DNA from: a virus | Lineage: Duplodnaviria; Caudoviricetes | DNA: 44,163 bases | Reading direction: 5' to 3' (one strand) | IMG/VR virus record: IMGVR_UViG_3300005713_000007 | Span: 1 to 44,163 of that record | Part shown: positions 29,046 through 38,307 of the stretch, in pieces | Position numbering within the stretch: position 1 is the first letter of the stretch | Layout: the number at the start of each line of letters is the position of its first letter | Made by a program: the position numbers and the translations under genes | The notes under the pieces: model-generated | The model's input: only the letters and a program-made list of their open reading frames with translations | The model's database searches: none | Told to the model about the DNA's origin: nothing

Positions 29046-30243
29046 TTAGCACCGCGTAGCCAAGTTTATATCTGGATATAAAATTCCAGGCGTGTACCGC
29101 TCCTCTGGACGTACCGAGCGGGCAATCTAGCATACCCGTACTCATACGATAGTTAATGCTTTCCACAGGAGTACTATGCTGGTAAGCTAGATCCGCAGAC
29201 CAATACTTAATAGCAGCTTCCACGGGTTGGCAACTACACAACGGCCGTTGCAAAAATGTTATAGCGTATCTAGCTATAATACGCTTGAAGCTAGAATCCT
29301 GCCAACCCGCGTAGTAATTCAACTTAAGTCGATCAGGCGCACGACACATTGAGCAATAATCGTAGATGTATTTGCCTGAGGTCGCATCCCACACAGCAGG
29401 AGAAGTGCTCACGACGCTTAGCCTGGAATCTCGTATGCCTAAACAACCATCCACGCTGCCATGCTGACAAGCGTAGCAGCTTATACCGCAGTAACCTGAC
29501 GTCGTATCCCATATGTGCGTCACTTGCCTAGACACATCGTTATAGTGTCTGTAAACATCCACTGTGGTAAGAAAGCTAGTGTCGTCCATGCCGTCCACGC
29601 CGCGCGGACTGAACGATTCTAACAGCTCTGGACGGACTAACTGATGCCTATCCACGGTTATAACGGCGTCTACTCCCACCTGTACATCACGTAGAGGTCG
29701 TACTTCCCATGCGTCGTCGCCGTTCGTACCCGGATAATACACGCCTATCTCAGTAGCTGGTATGCTTCCTATACTACTAACGACTATAACAGCCGATTCC
29801 TTATATCCATCGCCATCATCGTCATGGTAAGTCACACCAACGCCGCTCTGTATAAGCGTCTTAGCTTCCACACCGCCGGCTATAATATAGCCTCGACTAG
29901 CTTGTGCGGTTACTAGCTCGTGCCTTAGACCAAAATAGCTTTTATTTACAAGAGGATTATACGACTTACCCGGCGCCACTTCGTCGTTGACAACCCAATC
30001 AGGTAACGGAGTAAAACCTAGCTGCTCGGTGAGGTTCATTTCAGCTAAGCTTATAGCCTCAGCTAGATCTTCCCTCCCTATTCTAGCCGAAGCCTGCCAT
30101 GAGTATTGCAAGATAGGCACATCACAGATAACGGCATCCGCTATGTCAGGAACATAAACTTGATTGAAGTGAAGTGGATGCACCCCGATCAATTTGGCAA
30201 ATTCATCTAGAGGTAAGAGAGTTTTAACGCTAGCTCGTGCCAT
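29038..30243 (-). CDS. Putative head-to-tail adaptor / neck protein
   Basis: Position; AI..AE..L...LG N-terminal helix, Y.AG and P.G....V.AW patterns; Cys-rich. Confidence 0.55.
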   Translation of the reverse strand: MARASVKTLLPLDEFAKLIGVHPLHFNQVYVPDIADAVICDVPILQYSWQASARIGREDLAEAISLAEMNLTEQLGFTPLPDWVVNDEVAPGKSYNPLVNKSYFGLRHELVTAQASRGYIIAGGVEAKTLIQSGVGVTYHDDDGDGYKESAVIVVSSIGSIPATEIGVYYPGTNGDDAWEVRPLRDVQVGVDAVITVDRHQLVRPELLESFSPRGVDGMDDTSFLTTVDVYRHYNDVSRQVTHIWDTTSGYCGISCYACQHGSVDGCLGIRDSRLSVVSTSPAVWDATSGKYIYDYCSMCRAPDRLKLNYYAGWQDSSFKRIIARYAITFLQRPLCSCQPVEAAIKYWSADLAYQHSTPVESINYRMSTGMLDCPLGTSRGAVHAWNFISRYKLGYAVLNA

Positions 30244-30487
30244 ACCTAGCCTCTATGAGAGAGCTTACTGCGCTCGCAGCTAAAATCTTATGCACAGATT
30301 CGGGCGCCAACAACAGTAACGCAGCGACGTATAAGCTAGTGCATGCCACACAGTACAGCGGGCTATAATCATTCCATGACACTATCTTGTCGCTATCGTC
30401 ATGCTCTATACCAGTAAGCTCTCGTAGCTTAAGAAAGACTCTACCTGGCCCTACCTCTAAGACTAGCATGTGGCTTAACCGCCACAC
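30230..30487 (-). CDS. DUF1360-like membrane protein
   Basis: LAVWRLSH...E.GP...F..LR and C..C.S.Y followed by a hydrophobic helix; true start uncertain. Confidence 0.6.
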   Translation of the reverse strand: MWRLSHMLVLEVGPGRVFLKLRELTGIEHDDSDKIVSWNDYSPLYCVACTSLYVAALLLLAPESVHKILAASAVSSLIEARYGTS

Positions 30488-30501
30488 GGCCAGTATGTAT
30501 A

Positions 30502-33096
30502 CTAAGCTTTTAATAGCTCAGTCTGCTTTACTTCGTTGCCGTCGCGCTGCACAAAACCTTCTCGGTTAAGAAAGATATTTACATCTTGCACAAGTACGTA
30601 CTTAATCTTATGAGACGTGGTGTTTCCGAAACGATATTCTGCGCCGGTGACGTTGCTTCTAAAAGTACGTGGTGCATCTCCACCGACATATTCGATCATA
30701 ACCGCCTCGGAGCTACCGCCTTCCAGCTTCGGTACAACAGGTGTGCTGGTAGCGTTTAAAACTGAACGGTATCCCGGTGTATCACGCCTGGAGCCGCATC
30801 CCCCACAAGGCAACTTTTCTTCTCCACTCATAAACTTATACCACTTAGCGCTTATCTCGCGCTTGTTAGACTCTATAGTCTCGTACATAGTCTCGCGGCG
30901 CATGCCGGTAGAAACCCTGTAGTGCAACAACGGCATCGCCACACGTTTACCACATACACCTTGAGCGGCGAGAGCTATAAAGAAGTCCCAATCCTCGTAA
31001 GACTTTATACTTTCATCGAAGCCGCCGACTTTAGCCCAAGCTGACTTCTCGTATAAACAAGTGACAGGATAAGGACTTATATGCAGCAGATCCTCACAGT
31101 TAAACTCTGATGTAGTACGAACCTCATTACGTTCGTCTATAACGTAGTCAGAGTAAACGAAATAGCCCGGTTCGTAGTTCTTGTATAAAGCTTCCAACGC
31201 CTCAGGTTGCAAATAATCGTCAGCGTCCAACGTGACGAATAGCTCAGTTTTACTAGCGTTAATTCCGATATTCCTTGCAACCGCTGGCCCCGAGGCAGGA
31301 GCAGGACTATCGATAACATATACGAACGACGGTAGTCTACCGAGCGGTTTACCACTGTCATTAACAACAATACAATCCCAGGCAGTAAAGCTCTGCGCGA
31401 CCAAACTATCGATGGCATCGAGTAAGAAGTCTGAGTGGCCCGGTCCACAGGGAATAACAACGGTAATTCTAGCGGGCTCGAATGTCGATACCCGTTCCGG
31501 TGAAACAGCAATAGGCATAAGATGGCTAAACTCACGCCTATGCCAACTGTACCAATCATGCCAGTTCCAATCCGGCGTCGTATTGCTAACGCCATCCTGA
31601 CGCACATGATAAATCAACGTAGGTGCGTCGGTTATTCTACCAGGCATAGCACCTAAAGATGTTATACGACACCAAAAGTCAGCATCTTCAGCAGTTTTAC
31701 AACGCCGTCTGTATCCACAAGCACGCTCCCACCACTTACGACGCCACATGGCCGAGCTATGTATTTGATTCTTGTGACTTATCTGCGCCGTATAGCTGAA
31801 TTCTCTGGGCGGCCAATTGGATACATAATTTTCTTGTCCATCTATAACTTGCATAGCACCGTAGGCTATGTCCAAGCGCTGGTTGTTATCTAATGCATCG
31901 CTTAAAAGCCTAAGCGAACCAGGAACGAGTTCATTATCCGCGTCAAGATTGAGAATATAGTGTCCTCTGGCAGCGCTGCTTCCAGAATTGAGAGCGCCAG
32001 AAACCCCAAGGCGAACATTATTAGTAACAACACGGACTCTACTATCTTTACTAGAAAGCGCCGTAGCCACTTCGGCAGTCTCGTCCGTAGACGCATCGTT
32101 AACTATTACTATCTCGCTATCTTCTAGGTCTATACTTGCTACGGCTCTAGGTAGCAATTTAGCATCGTTATAGCTGCGTACTACAACGCTGACCTTAGGA
32201 CGCTTAGTACGATGCTCACGTAACACGTTGTTATAAACGTCAGCGTACAACTTGATCTTATCACGCCACGCGAAATTCTTGATCGCGTGCGCCCTAGCTG
32301 CTTTGCTAAGCTTAGCACGGTTCTCAAGGCAGTATCTTAAACCCTCGAACAAGGAATTATAATCGCCTGGCTCAGCTAGCCAACCATGCTTCTTGTGAGT
32401 TATTATCTCCGGTAAGCCACCGAAATTCCAACCGAGACAAGGCACGCCATACGCTAAGGCTTCTAATACGCCTATACCGAACGTTTCCCGCGTCGTAGCA
32501 AGATAAACGCCAGCATTACGTACGAGGTCGAGAGCTTGATCGTACGGTACAAGCCCCAACACATCTACGTTGTAAGACTTATTACCGAACGTTGTCTTAA
32601 ACTGCACGTCACCAGCCATGGCAGCTAACTTATTAACCGACGCGGGATCACAAACAGGATCTACGCGCGTTTTGTTCCACAGAACGTAATCCTGTGGTGT
32701 ACCAATCTCGAACTCATCGGGCTCTACGCCATGGAAGATAACCGCGGGGTTGATCCACAAATGACGGCGTAGTATTCTAGCGGTCCATTCCGACGGTGCC
32801 GTTATAGCATCCGATAAACGGATGCAATCATAGACGTACCGATTAGCGTGCAAAGCCCATCGCGGCCATGAGTATTCAGACCAATAACAACCATGCCAGT
32901 GGTGTATTTTAGGCAGCCTAATTTCAGGAAAAAGTAACGCGCCGTGAGTCGATATTAAGTCAGCTTCGCCTAAATTATTCGTGGGTATGATACCAAACTC
33001 AGGCAGATATTTACGTTGTGCCTCCACAACACGACGAATACCTCCCTCGCCAGCGTCGGGGCCTTCAAAGCTAGGCTGTAAGTAAATCTTAGTCAC
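30502..33096 (-). CDS. Triple glycosyltransferase (GT4-like GT-B + two GT2-like GT-A) with extra C-terminal domain
   Basis: ETFGIGVLEALAYGVP (GT4); VNDASTD, LDADN, EDADFW (GT2-1); VVNDSG, ARNIG, LDADD, GGFDE..YEDWDF (GT2-2). Confidence 0.92.
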   Translation of the reverse strand: MTKIYLQPSFEGPDAGEGGIRRVVEAQRKYLPEFGIIPTNNLGEADLISTHGALLFPEIRLPKIHHWHGCYWSEYSWPRWALHANRYVYDCIRLSDAITAPSEWTARILRRHLWINPAVIFHGVEPDEFEIGTPQDYVLWNKTRVDPVCDPASVNKLAAMAGDVQFKTTFGNKSYNVDVLGLVPYDQALDLVRNAGVYLATTRETFGIGVLEALAYGVPCLGWNFGGLPEIITHKKHGWLAEPGDYNSLFEGLRYCLENRAKLSKAARAHAIKNFAWRDKIKLYADVYNNVLREHRTKRPKVSVVVRSYNDAKLLPRAVASIDLEDSEIVIVNDASTDETAEVATALSSKDSRVRVVTNNVRLGVSGALNSGSSAARGHYILNLDADNELVPGSLRLLSDALDNNQRLDIAYGAMQVIDGQENYVSNWPPREFSYTAQISHKNQIHSSAMWRRKWWERACGYRRRCKTAEDADFWCRITSLGAMPGRITDAPTLIYHVRQDGVSNTTPDWNWHDWYSWHRREFSHLMPIAVSPERVSTFEPARITVVIPCGPGHSDFLLDAIDSLVAQSFTAWDCIVVNDSGKPLGRLPSFVYVIDSPAPASGPAVARNIGINASKTELFVTLDADDYLQPEALEALYKNYEPGYFVYSDYVIDERNEVRTTSEFNCEDLLHISPYPVTCLYEKSAWAKVGGFDESIKSYEDWDFFIALAAQGVCGKRVAMPLLHYRVSTGMRRETMYETIESNKREISAKWYKFMSGEEKLPCGGCGSRRDTPGYRSVLNATSTPVVPKLEGGSSEAVMIEYVGGDAPRTFRSNVTGAEYRFGNTTSHKIKYVLVQDVNIFLNREGFVQRDGNEVKQTELLKA

Positions 33097-33781
33097 GAAT
33101 GTAGCTCGATATAGAACCGATGTGCGTGTACAAATCTCCCCACGTACGTATTAAGTTTAGAGGCCAAGCCACACCTATTCTCGTATTAGGATTACTGGTA
33201 GCGTGATGGAATTCGGTTTCACCCGGTTTTCTGCCTTCGGGCCAGGGGCCGACTCTAAGCTGCCATTTAAGAGTCTCAAGTCTAGGGTGCCCCGAGAAAA
33301 CATGATGTTCAGGAGAATTAGGATCGAGAACCAAAAACATCTGTTCACAATGGTATTCCAGCCAACCTTGTAGTTTCTGCGTGAAGCCAAGGTAGCCTAA
33401 TCTGATCGCACCTATAGTCTCGGTGCTCTTAAGCACGTCTATAAGAGGATCTAGCTGTAAGCATCGTATTAGCTTCCAGTCATCCTCCAGGACTAAAACA
33501 TAATCACCGAGAGAATAGTACATTTTTATAGCTTCGTTCATGTTAGCGCCGTAGCCACGACGGCGGGAGTTAGAGTGTGTTACATGCTTAACCTTGTTGG
33601 AAGATAACGCTATCTCAGCTAGAGTATTAATGTACTCATCAGGATCACCGTCGCTGGCTATATGCACGCTTATCTCATGCCGGGTTTCCAGGTTATCCAG
33701 AGTGCTTCGTAGTGTTGTCTTAGCGTAGTGCAGGCGGTTATATGTCGCTAGACATATAACTACACGATCTCTGTCAGACAC
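33089..33781 (-). CDS. GT2-family glycosyltransferase
   Basis: ATYNR, SDGD, GYGANMN, LEDDW, HIG; start moved to GTG 33781. Confidence 0.85.
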   Translation of the reverse strand: MSDRDRVVICLATYNRLHYAKTTLRSTLDNLETRHEISVHIASDGDPDEYINTLAEIALSSNKVKHVTHSNSRRRGYGANMNEAIKMYYSLGDYVLVLEDDWKLIRCLQLDPLIDVLKSTETIGAIRLGYLGFTQKLQGWLEYHCEQMFLVLDPNSPEHHVFSGHPRLETLKWQLRVGPWPEGRKPGETEFHHATSNPNTRIGVAWPLNLIRTWGDLYTHIGSISSYIRD

Positions 33782-34721
33782 GCTCGGATTCCTCGGCGAG
33801 CTTAGCAAATTCTTCTATACTAATGCTGTTCGCTACATCGCTGGTAACTCTAAACGAAGAATCATGCGGCGCAATATCGTCTGGATCGTAAACATAGGCT
33901 TCCTGATCTAATGTCTCTACTGATCTTGATCTCACGCTCTCAGACTCTTGCAGTAGAGTCTCATGCGGCTTCTCACCAGGCCGCAAGCCTATAATATTTT
34001 GCTCTGCCTTAGGTACAACAGCGCAAGCTAGATCACTGAGAGATAAACTTCTAGCAGAAGGTATTATAAGCTGCCCAGTGTTTAGAACGTTAACAGCATA
34101 GTGTATAAGTTCTACCGCTTCTTCCACGCTCTGCCAGAATCTGGTGCTTGTAGGATCGGTTAAACTAACCTTACCAGTCTCATTGTATTGTCGCTTCAAG
34201 ACTGGTATAACACTACCCGTGCTGCCTATCACGTTACCGTAGCGGGTCTGCACAAAACGGGGTCCAATCGGATAACGTGAGGCTTCTAAAAATAAATGCT
34301 CTACTGTAGCTTTAGTTAGGCCGTACAGGTTCGCTGGCTGTACGGCCTTATCTGTGCTAAGGTTAACCACACATTTTAATTGCTTGGAATTAAAAGCAGC
34401 CATAATAAGAGAGCGCGTGCCGTCGATATTGCAATTGACGAATTCGTTGACATTGTAAGCGGATTGGGGCACGTATTTAGCTGCGGCGGCGTGGATGCAG
34501 ATATCGTGAAACCTAAGGAGCAGAGAGAGCTTTTCGCCATCCCTCACATCACCCAAGACGTACTCTGCGTTAGGGAAACGCGACCTGCATAAATCCTGCT
34601 TAAGCTCATCTCTATTGTAAATAGTAAATTCGCAGGGCCACTTTTCCCTTATGGCTTGACGCATTATACCGCGGCCTATGAATCCGCTACCGCCGGTGAT
34701 TAGGATTTTACCTTCTAGCAT
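33774..34721 (-). CDS. NAD-dependent nucleotide-sugar 4,6-dehydratase (PseB/FlaA1/CapD-like)
   Basis: ITGGSGFIG, RDELKQ, GDVRD, HAAAAKYVP, STDKA, YGLTK, RYGNVIGSTGSVIP, TRFW, IGLRPGEK. Confidence 0.92.
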   Translation of the reverse strand: MLEGKILITGGSGFIGRGIMRQAIREKWPCEFTIYNRDELKQDLCRSRFPNAEYVLGDVRDGEKLSLLLRFHDICIHAAAAKYVPQSAYNVNEFVNCNIDGTRSLIMAAFNSKQLKCVVNLSTDKAVQPANLYGLTKATVEHLFLEASRYPIGPRFVQTRYGNVIGSTGSVIPVLKRQYNETGKVSLTDPTSTRFWQSVEEAVELIHYAVNVLNTGQLIIPSARSLSLSDLACAVVPKAEQNIIGLRPGEKPHETLLQESESVRSRSVETLDQEAYVYDPDDIAPHDSSFRVTSDVANSISIEEFAKLAEESERV

Positions 34722-34742
34722 CTTAAGCTCCCTTCACTTAAG

Positions 34743-34816
34743 CCCTGATTATAAGAGAGGCTAGGCAAGGAGTCAGGGAAGACTCCCTTTCGCCTGTACA
34801 TGGCTAGCCTAGCCTC
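34743..34816 (-). promoter_or_regulatory. Putative structured cis-regulatory RNA in the dehydratase leader
   Basis: Outer 10-bp stem GAGGCTAGGC/GCCTAGCCTC, inner GGAGTC/GACTCC hairpin, CCCTGA complementary to downstream TCAGGG. Confidence 0.5.
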
Positions 34817-34821
34817 CTGCT

Positions 34822-34852
34822 AAACAACGACTAGGTATCGTCCACCTAGCCG
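34822..34852 (-). terminator. Intrinsic terminator after major capsid gene
   Basis: CGGCTAGGT-N7-ACCTAGTCG followed by TTGTTT on the - strand. Confidence 0.55.
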
Positions 34853-34862
34853 CTAACTTAGC

Positions 34863-36329
34863 CTAGCGAACTTGTCCCCACTCAGCACTCATGCTAGGAC
34901 CAGGCCGACCCGTGCTAACACCACCAGAAACATAGTACGGATCGGTCGGGTACGCATCACGCTCGTGCTGGAGCATGCTGTAAGCTACGTTTAAGATCCT
35001 ACCAGCTAGATGAGGTGTCCTAAGAATAAGTCTAGGCTCGATCTTAGCCATCCACTGCAAGCACCAGTTAATAGGTGGCTTAAGATGCCATAGATAACGA
35101 CCGGCGTCAGTCCAGTAGAACGCACTAGCGTTGGCATCACCAACAGCATCCATAGGACCACCATTGTAATCGAAGTATTCCCAATAAGTCACAGGAATAC
35201 CCCCACGCGCACGCAATGGAATCACGTAAACATCGCTAGACCACACACCAGCGGGAATAGCAGGTACCGTAACGTGCGTATCCTCTCGGATAGCGTTATC
35301 CAAGATGACAGGATAACGAATACCGTCAATCAGGATATACTGTTCGTTACGCATGCCGTCGCGCATGGCGATCATGCTGCTGGCTTCCAAGTTCAGCACT
35401 GCATCTGGACTCAAGGTAGTACATCTATAGGTCATATAAGAGCAAGGCCAGACGGCGCTTAGCTCCCAAAACAACCCAGGCCGCATAACTATAGCCCAAT
35501 CAACCGCACCGAACGCGCTTTGCTCAGCATTCCACCTCAGGTAACGCATCATGTTGCTGAGCATTTCTATAATGCTAGATGGTCCGGTGCCTATGCTGAT
35601 GCGCTGGTTATTAAAGTCCTTAATATCGCTGTCTAGGTTCTGGCAGCGAACGTTGGTGAAGGCATCTACTTTGTTGGCACCGATTAGAATGTCTAACCCA
35701 GGGAATTCTTTATAACCGCCACCGGCGGTATTATTAGCGGGATTCCCTTCGTACAATTGACGCGCAAGAGTTAGCTGGAACGATGAGCCTAGCTCAATCA
35801 TACGCATCTGCGCCTCGCGGCGTAGCTGTATGTTAGTTGGCACGCTGCTAGGAACCGTTATACCACCGGGATTGCCGGCTAGAGGATCGTTTATAAAGCG
35901 CAGATCATGAAACTCTCCTCTGTTCGTGATCTGCCCCATATGGTTGACTTCTAGCTCGCGCGTTTGAAAGCTATACCTACCAAACTGCGCTGTTTGAAAG
36001 CATGTGCTACCAGGCCCGGCTGTCGGAGGATCATCACAAACGCCGTTAGCATTAGGCCCGGTCGCCATGCTGAATCCCTGGAAATATCCGAACACAGGAT
36101 TCATCATGTTTGTACCGACAGCAGGAAGCTGATCGGCCAAGCCGAATACTTGGATACGCGAGCTAATAAGATCGCGCTCTAAACCTTGTACGCCGAACAA
36201 GCTACGTGGGCCAAGATAGGTAAGCTGATCCGGCACGCCGCTCGGGAAGCCTGTAGCACGCGAACCTGCTAAGAGTGGATTAGTCTTACGCTGGCTGAGT
36301 TCCGCTAAAAGCTGATCTAAAACGCCCAT
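34863..36329 (-). CDS. Major capsid protein
   Basis: Follows protease/scaffold; 488 aa; C...P..G, L..GN...EFPGLD..I patterns; followed by a terminator. Confidence 0.8.
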   Translation of the reverse strand: MGVLDQLLAELSQRKTNPLLAGSRATGFPSGVPDQLTYLGPRSLFGVQGLERDLISSRIQVFGLADQLPAVGTNMMNPVFGYFQGFSMATGPNANGVCDDPPTAGPGSTCFQTAQFGRYSFQTRELEVNHMGQITNRGEFHDLRFINDPLAGNPGGITVPSSVPTNIQLRREAQMRMIELGSSFQLTLARQLYEGNPANNTAGGGYKEFPGLDILIGANKVDAFTNVRCQNLDSDIKDFNNQRISIGTGPSSIIEMLSNMMRYLRWNAEQSAFGAVDWAIVMRPGLFWELSAVWPCSYMTYRCTTLSPDAVLNLEASSMIAMRDGMRNEQYILIDGIRYPVILDNAIREDTHVTVPAIPAGVWSSDVYVIPLRARGGIPVTYWEYFDYNGGPMDAVGDANASAFYWTDAGRYLWHLKPPINWCLQWMAKIEPRLILRTPHLAGRILNVAYSMLQHERDAYPTDPYYVSGGVSTGRPGPSMSAEWGQVR

Positions 36330-36353
36330 GCTCTCCCGCCTTATCCTCTTAAG

Positions 36354-37868
36354 TTATAACCCAAGCGCCTTGTTGGCTTGGGACATAACTATGCGGTCAA
36401 AGAAGTCGTCGCTCTGCTGCTTTTCGGCAGGAGAAGCCTCATTGTCCTTAGCTTGCGAAGCAACATAAACCGTAGAAGTAGAAACAGGTGTGTTCCTAGC
36501 AGCGAACTGCATCGCAACTTGCTCGTCAATGGGCTTCTTGACGGCTTCTAGGCCCTCAGCCAGAGCCTTAACTTGCGTCGTGAGAGCAGAAACGCTGCTT
36601 AAAACGCCTGCTAAAGCTTGCGCGTTCTCAGCAGCGGCCTTACCGAAGAAAGCTAGTTCGCTCTTGGTAGCGAAGTCTACTGTAGTGGTAGCATTAGAAG
36701 TGACAGCAGCGGCGGCACCGCCACCAGCGCCGACACTGCTGTCACCTTGCGTGGCCGCAGGCTCCTCTGCAACAGGAGCAATCTCGCTCTTAAAGCTAAC
36801 ACCAGCAGCCTTAAGCATATCAGCTTGCTGCTTGATGCTATCTTCCCATGTCGTGATTTCGCTATCGGAAATGCCAAGACTCCGCAGTAAAGCCTTCTTA
36901 TCGTCGGCAAACGGCATTTCGTACTCCTTGGCGCCTGGAGTGTATAAAACGTCTAACACTTTATTAGACGCATTAGGAACGGGCAATACGGATATCTCAA
37001 ATGTTCTGTACACACTCCATACGCCACGTTCCTTAGTTGTGATGCCCACAAAGGAATGGCTAGCGCCGAGGTTCAGCGATTCTAGCTGATAAGCTAGATC
37101 TTCTTTGCCCTCATCGATCTTGCCGCTAGCTATACAAAAGCCATCTACGAAATCAACGAAGTCACATTGACCGAACTTAGAGCCAGGACCGCTGTGCCAT
37201 ATCTGTAGCTCGGGATAAATATTAGACTTAGTTGCCCAAGCTACATAATCTTTATGAGCATCTGTCGATAAAATCTCCTCATGCGAATCTTGGAATATGT
37301 TGCTGTACGCTATGAAGAACCGCAAATCATCGTTTGCATCCTCGTATAGCGTGAAAGTTTTAGGTGTCTCTGATGTTTTAGCACCGAAACCCAACGCGCT
37401 TTTAATGCTCTGCCAAAAGCTACTTAAGCTTTTATTACCCAAGAAGCTAAGCGGCTCGGCGGGTTCGGTGTCATCCACGACTGTCACGCGCATGGGCGGC
37501 GTGTTGTATTCCAGTTTCTTAACGTACAACGAGCTTAGTCCAGTCGGGCTGATATCACCGCTAATAAGAACACAAGAATTAGGACTAACAAACCATTGGC
37601 AGTTAGCGCAGCCCCTATCGCCATTAGCCCCAAGAGAATTATAGCCAGCGGCATCCTGAGGGACTTGACGCATCTCAGCATCGTAGTATCCTAGATAGCC
37701 CTTAGAAGCAGCCTTAACGGTGCCATTAGCTATTCTAAAAGCGCGCGCCTCGTCGCTGTATTTTTTGTGCGCCGAGTTAAAAACGTGCATCCATTGCCGA
37801 CGCTTCTTAGCGCTGGTTAATCTCTTTTTAACGCTGTCTGGTATATCATCAACTGAACTATACGGCAC
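36354..37868 (-). CDS. ChaB + HiPIP-like + prohead protease + scaffold multidomain protein
   Basis: MPY....IPDSVK...W..VFNS (ChaB); CANC..F....C..ISG.ISP.G; D.H.E, LQIWH, GASHSF, FEISVLP..ASN (HK97-type protease); Ala-rich coiled tail. Confidence 0.8.
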   Translation of the reverse strand: MPYSSVDDIPDSVKKRLTSAKKRRQWMHVFNSAHKKYSDEARAFRIANGTVKAASKGYLGYYDAEMRQVPQDAAGYNSLGANGDRGCANCQWFVSPNSCVLISGDISPTGLSSLYVKKLEYNTPPMRVTVVDDTEPAEPLSFLGNKSLSSFWQSIKSALGFGAKTSETPKTFTLYEDANDDLRFFIAYSNIFQDSHEEILSTDAHKDYVAWATKSNIYPELQIWHSGPGSKFGQCDFVDFVDGFCIASGKIDEGKEDLAYQLESLNLGASHSFVGITTKERGVWSVYRTFEISVLPVPNASNKVLDVLYTPGAKEYEMPFADDKKALLRSLGISDSEITTWEDSIKQQADMLKAAGVSFKSEIAPVAEEPAATQGDSSVGAGGGAAAAVTSNATTTVDFATKSELAFFGKAAAENAQALAGVLSSVSALTTQVKALAEGLEAVKKPIDEQVAMQFAARNTPVSTSTVYVASQAKDNEASPAEKQQSDDFFDRIVMSQANKALGL

Positions 37869-38307
37869 TTACAGTACCTCTACCCTGAATCATAAACTTA
37901 TCGAATAATTCCTGGCAATCCTGACCAAACTTACGCTGATCCATGATATCGCTATCATAGACTAAATCATGCCAGCGTCCACGGTGTATAGCGGCCTGCA
38001 AGTTACGCTTGTTGTTTATAACATACGGAGGGTAGTATCTTCCTTGTGGACGGCTCTCGAAAGCGACGTTGACGAAGTAGGTTTCTACGCCTCCGCGTAT
38101 CATCTGTGGGCCTATGGTAGACCAGGAATTACGAAGCATAAACGTCCGTCTGTAAACTTGACCAGGACGCTCAGGAGGGTAAACTTTAAGAACCGTAACA
38201 GCTTGCTGCGCGTATTTCTTAGTTAAGATACCAGCAGCTTTTAAGAAGCCAGCGTAGTCTATCTTAGGTTGACCGGGCCTATTGGCCTCAAACCGCAGTT
38301 TGACCAT
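37858..38307 (-). CDS. HK97 gp10-like / minor head-neck protein
   Basis: YRRTFMLRNSW and Y..YV motifs. Confidence 0.6.
   Translation of the reverse strand: MVKLRFEANRPGQPKIDYAGFLKAAGILTKKYAQQAVTVLKVYPPERPGQVYRRTFMLRNSWSTIGPQMIRGGVETYFVNVAFESRPQGRYYPPYVINNKRNLQAAIHRGRWHDLVYDSDIMDQRKFGQDCQELFDKFMIQGRGTVSAV

Noticed and set aside
36490-37644. Long + strand ORFs opposite the protease/scaffold (and similar ones opposite TMP and primase)
   Set aside because: Antisense shadows of well-supported genes
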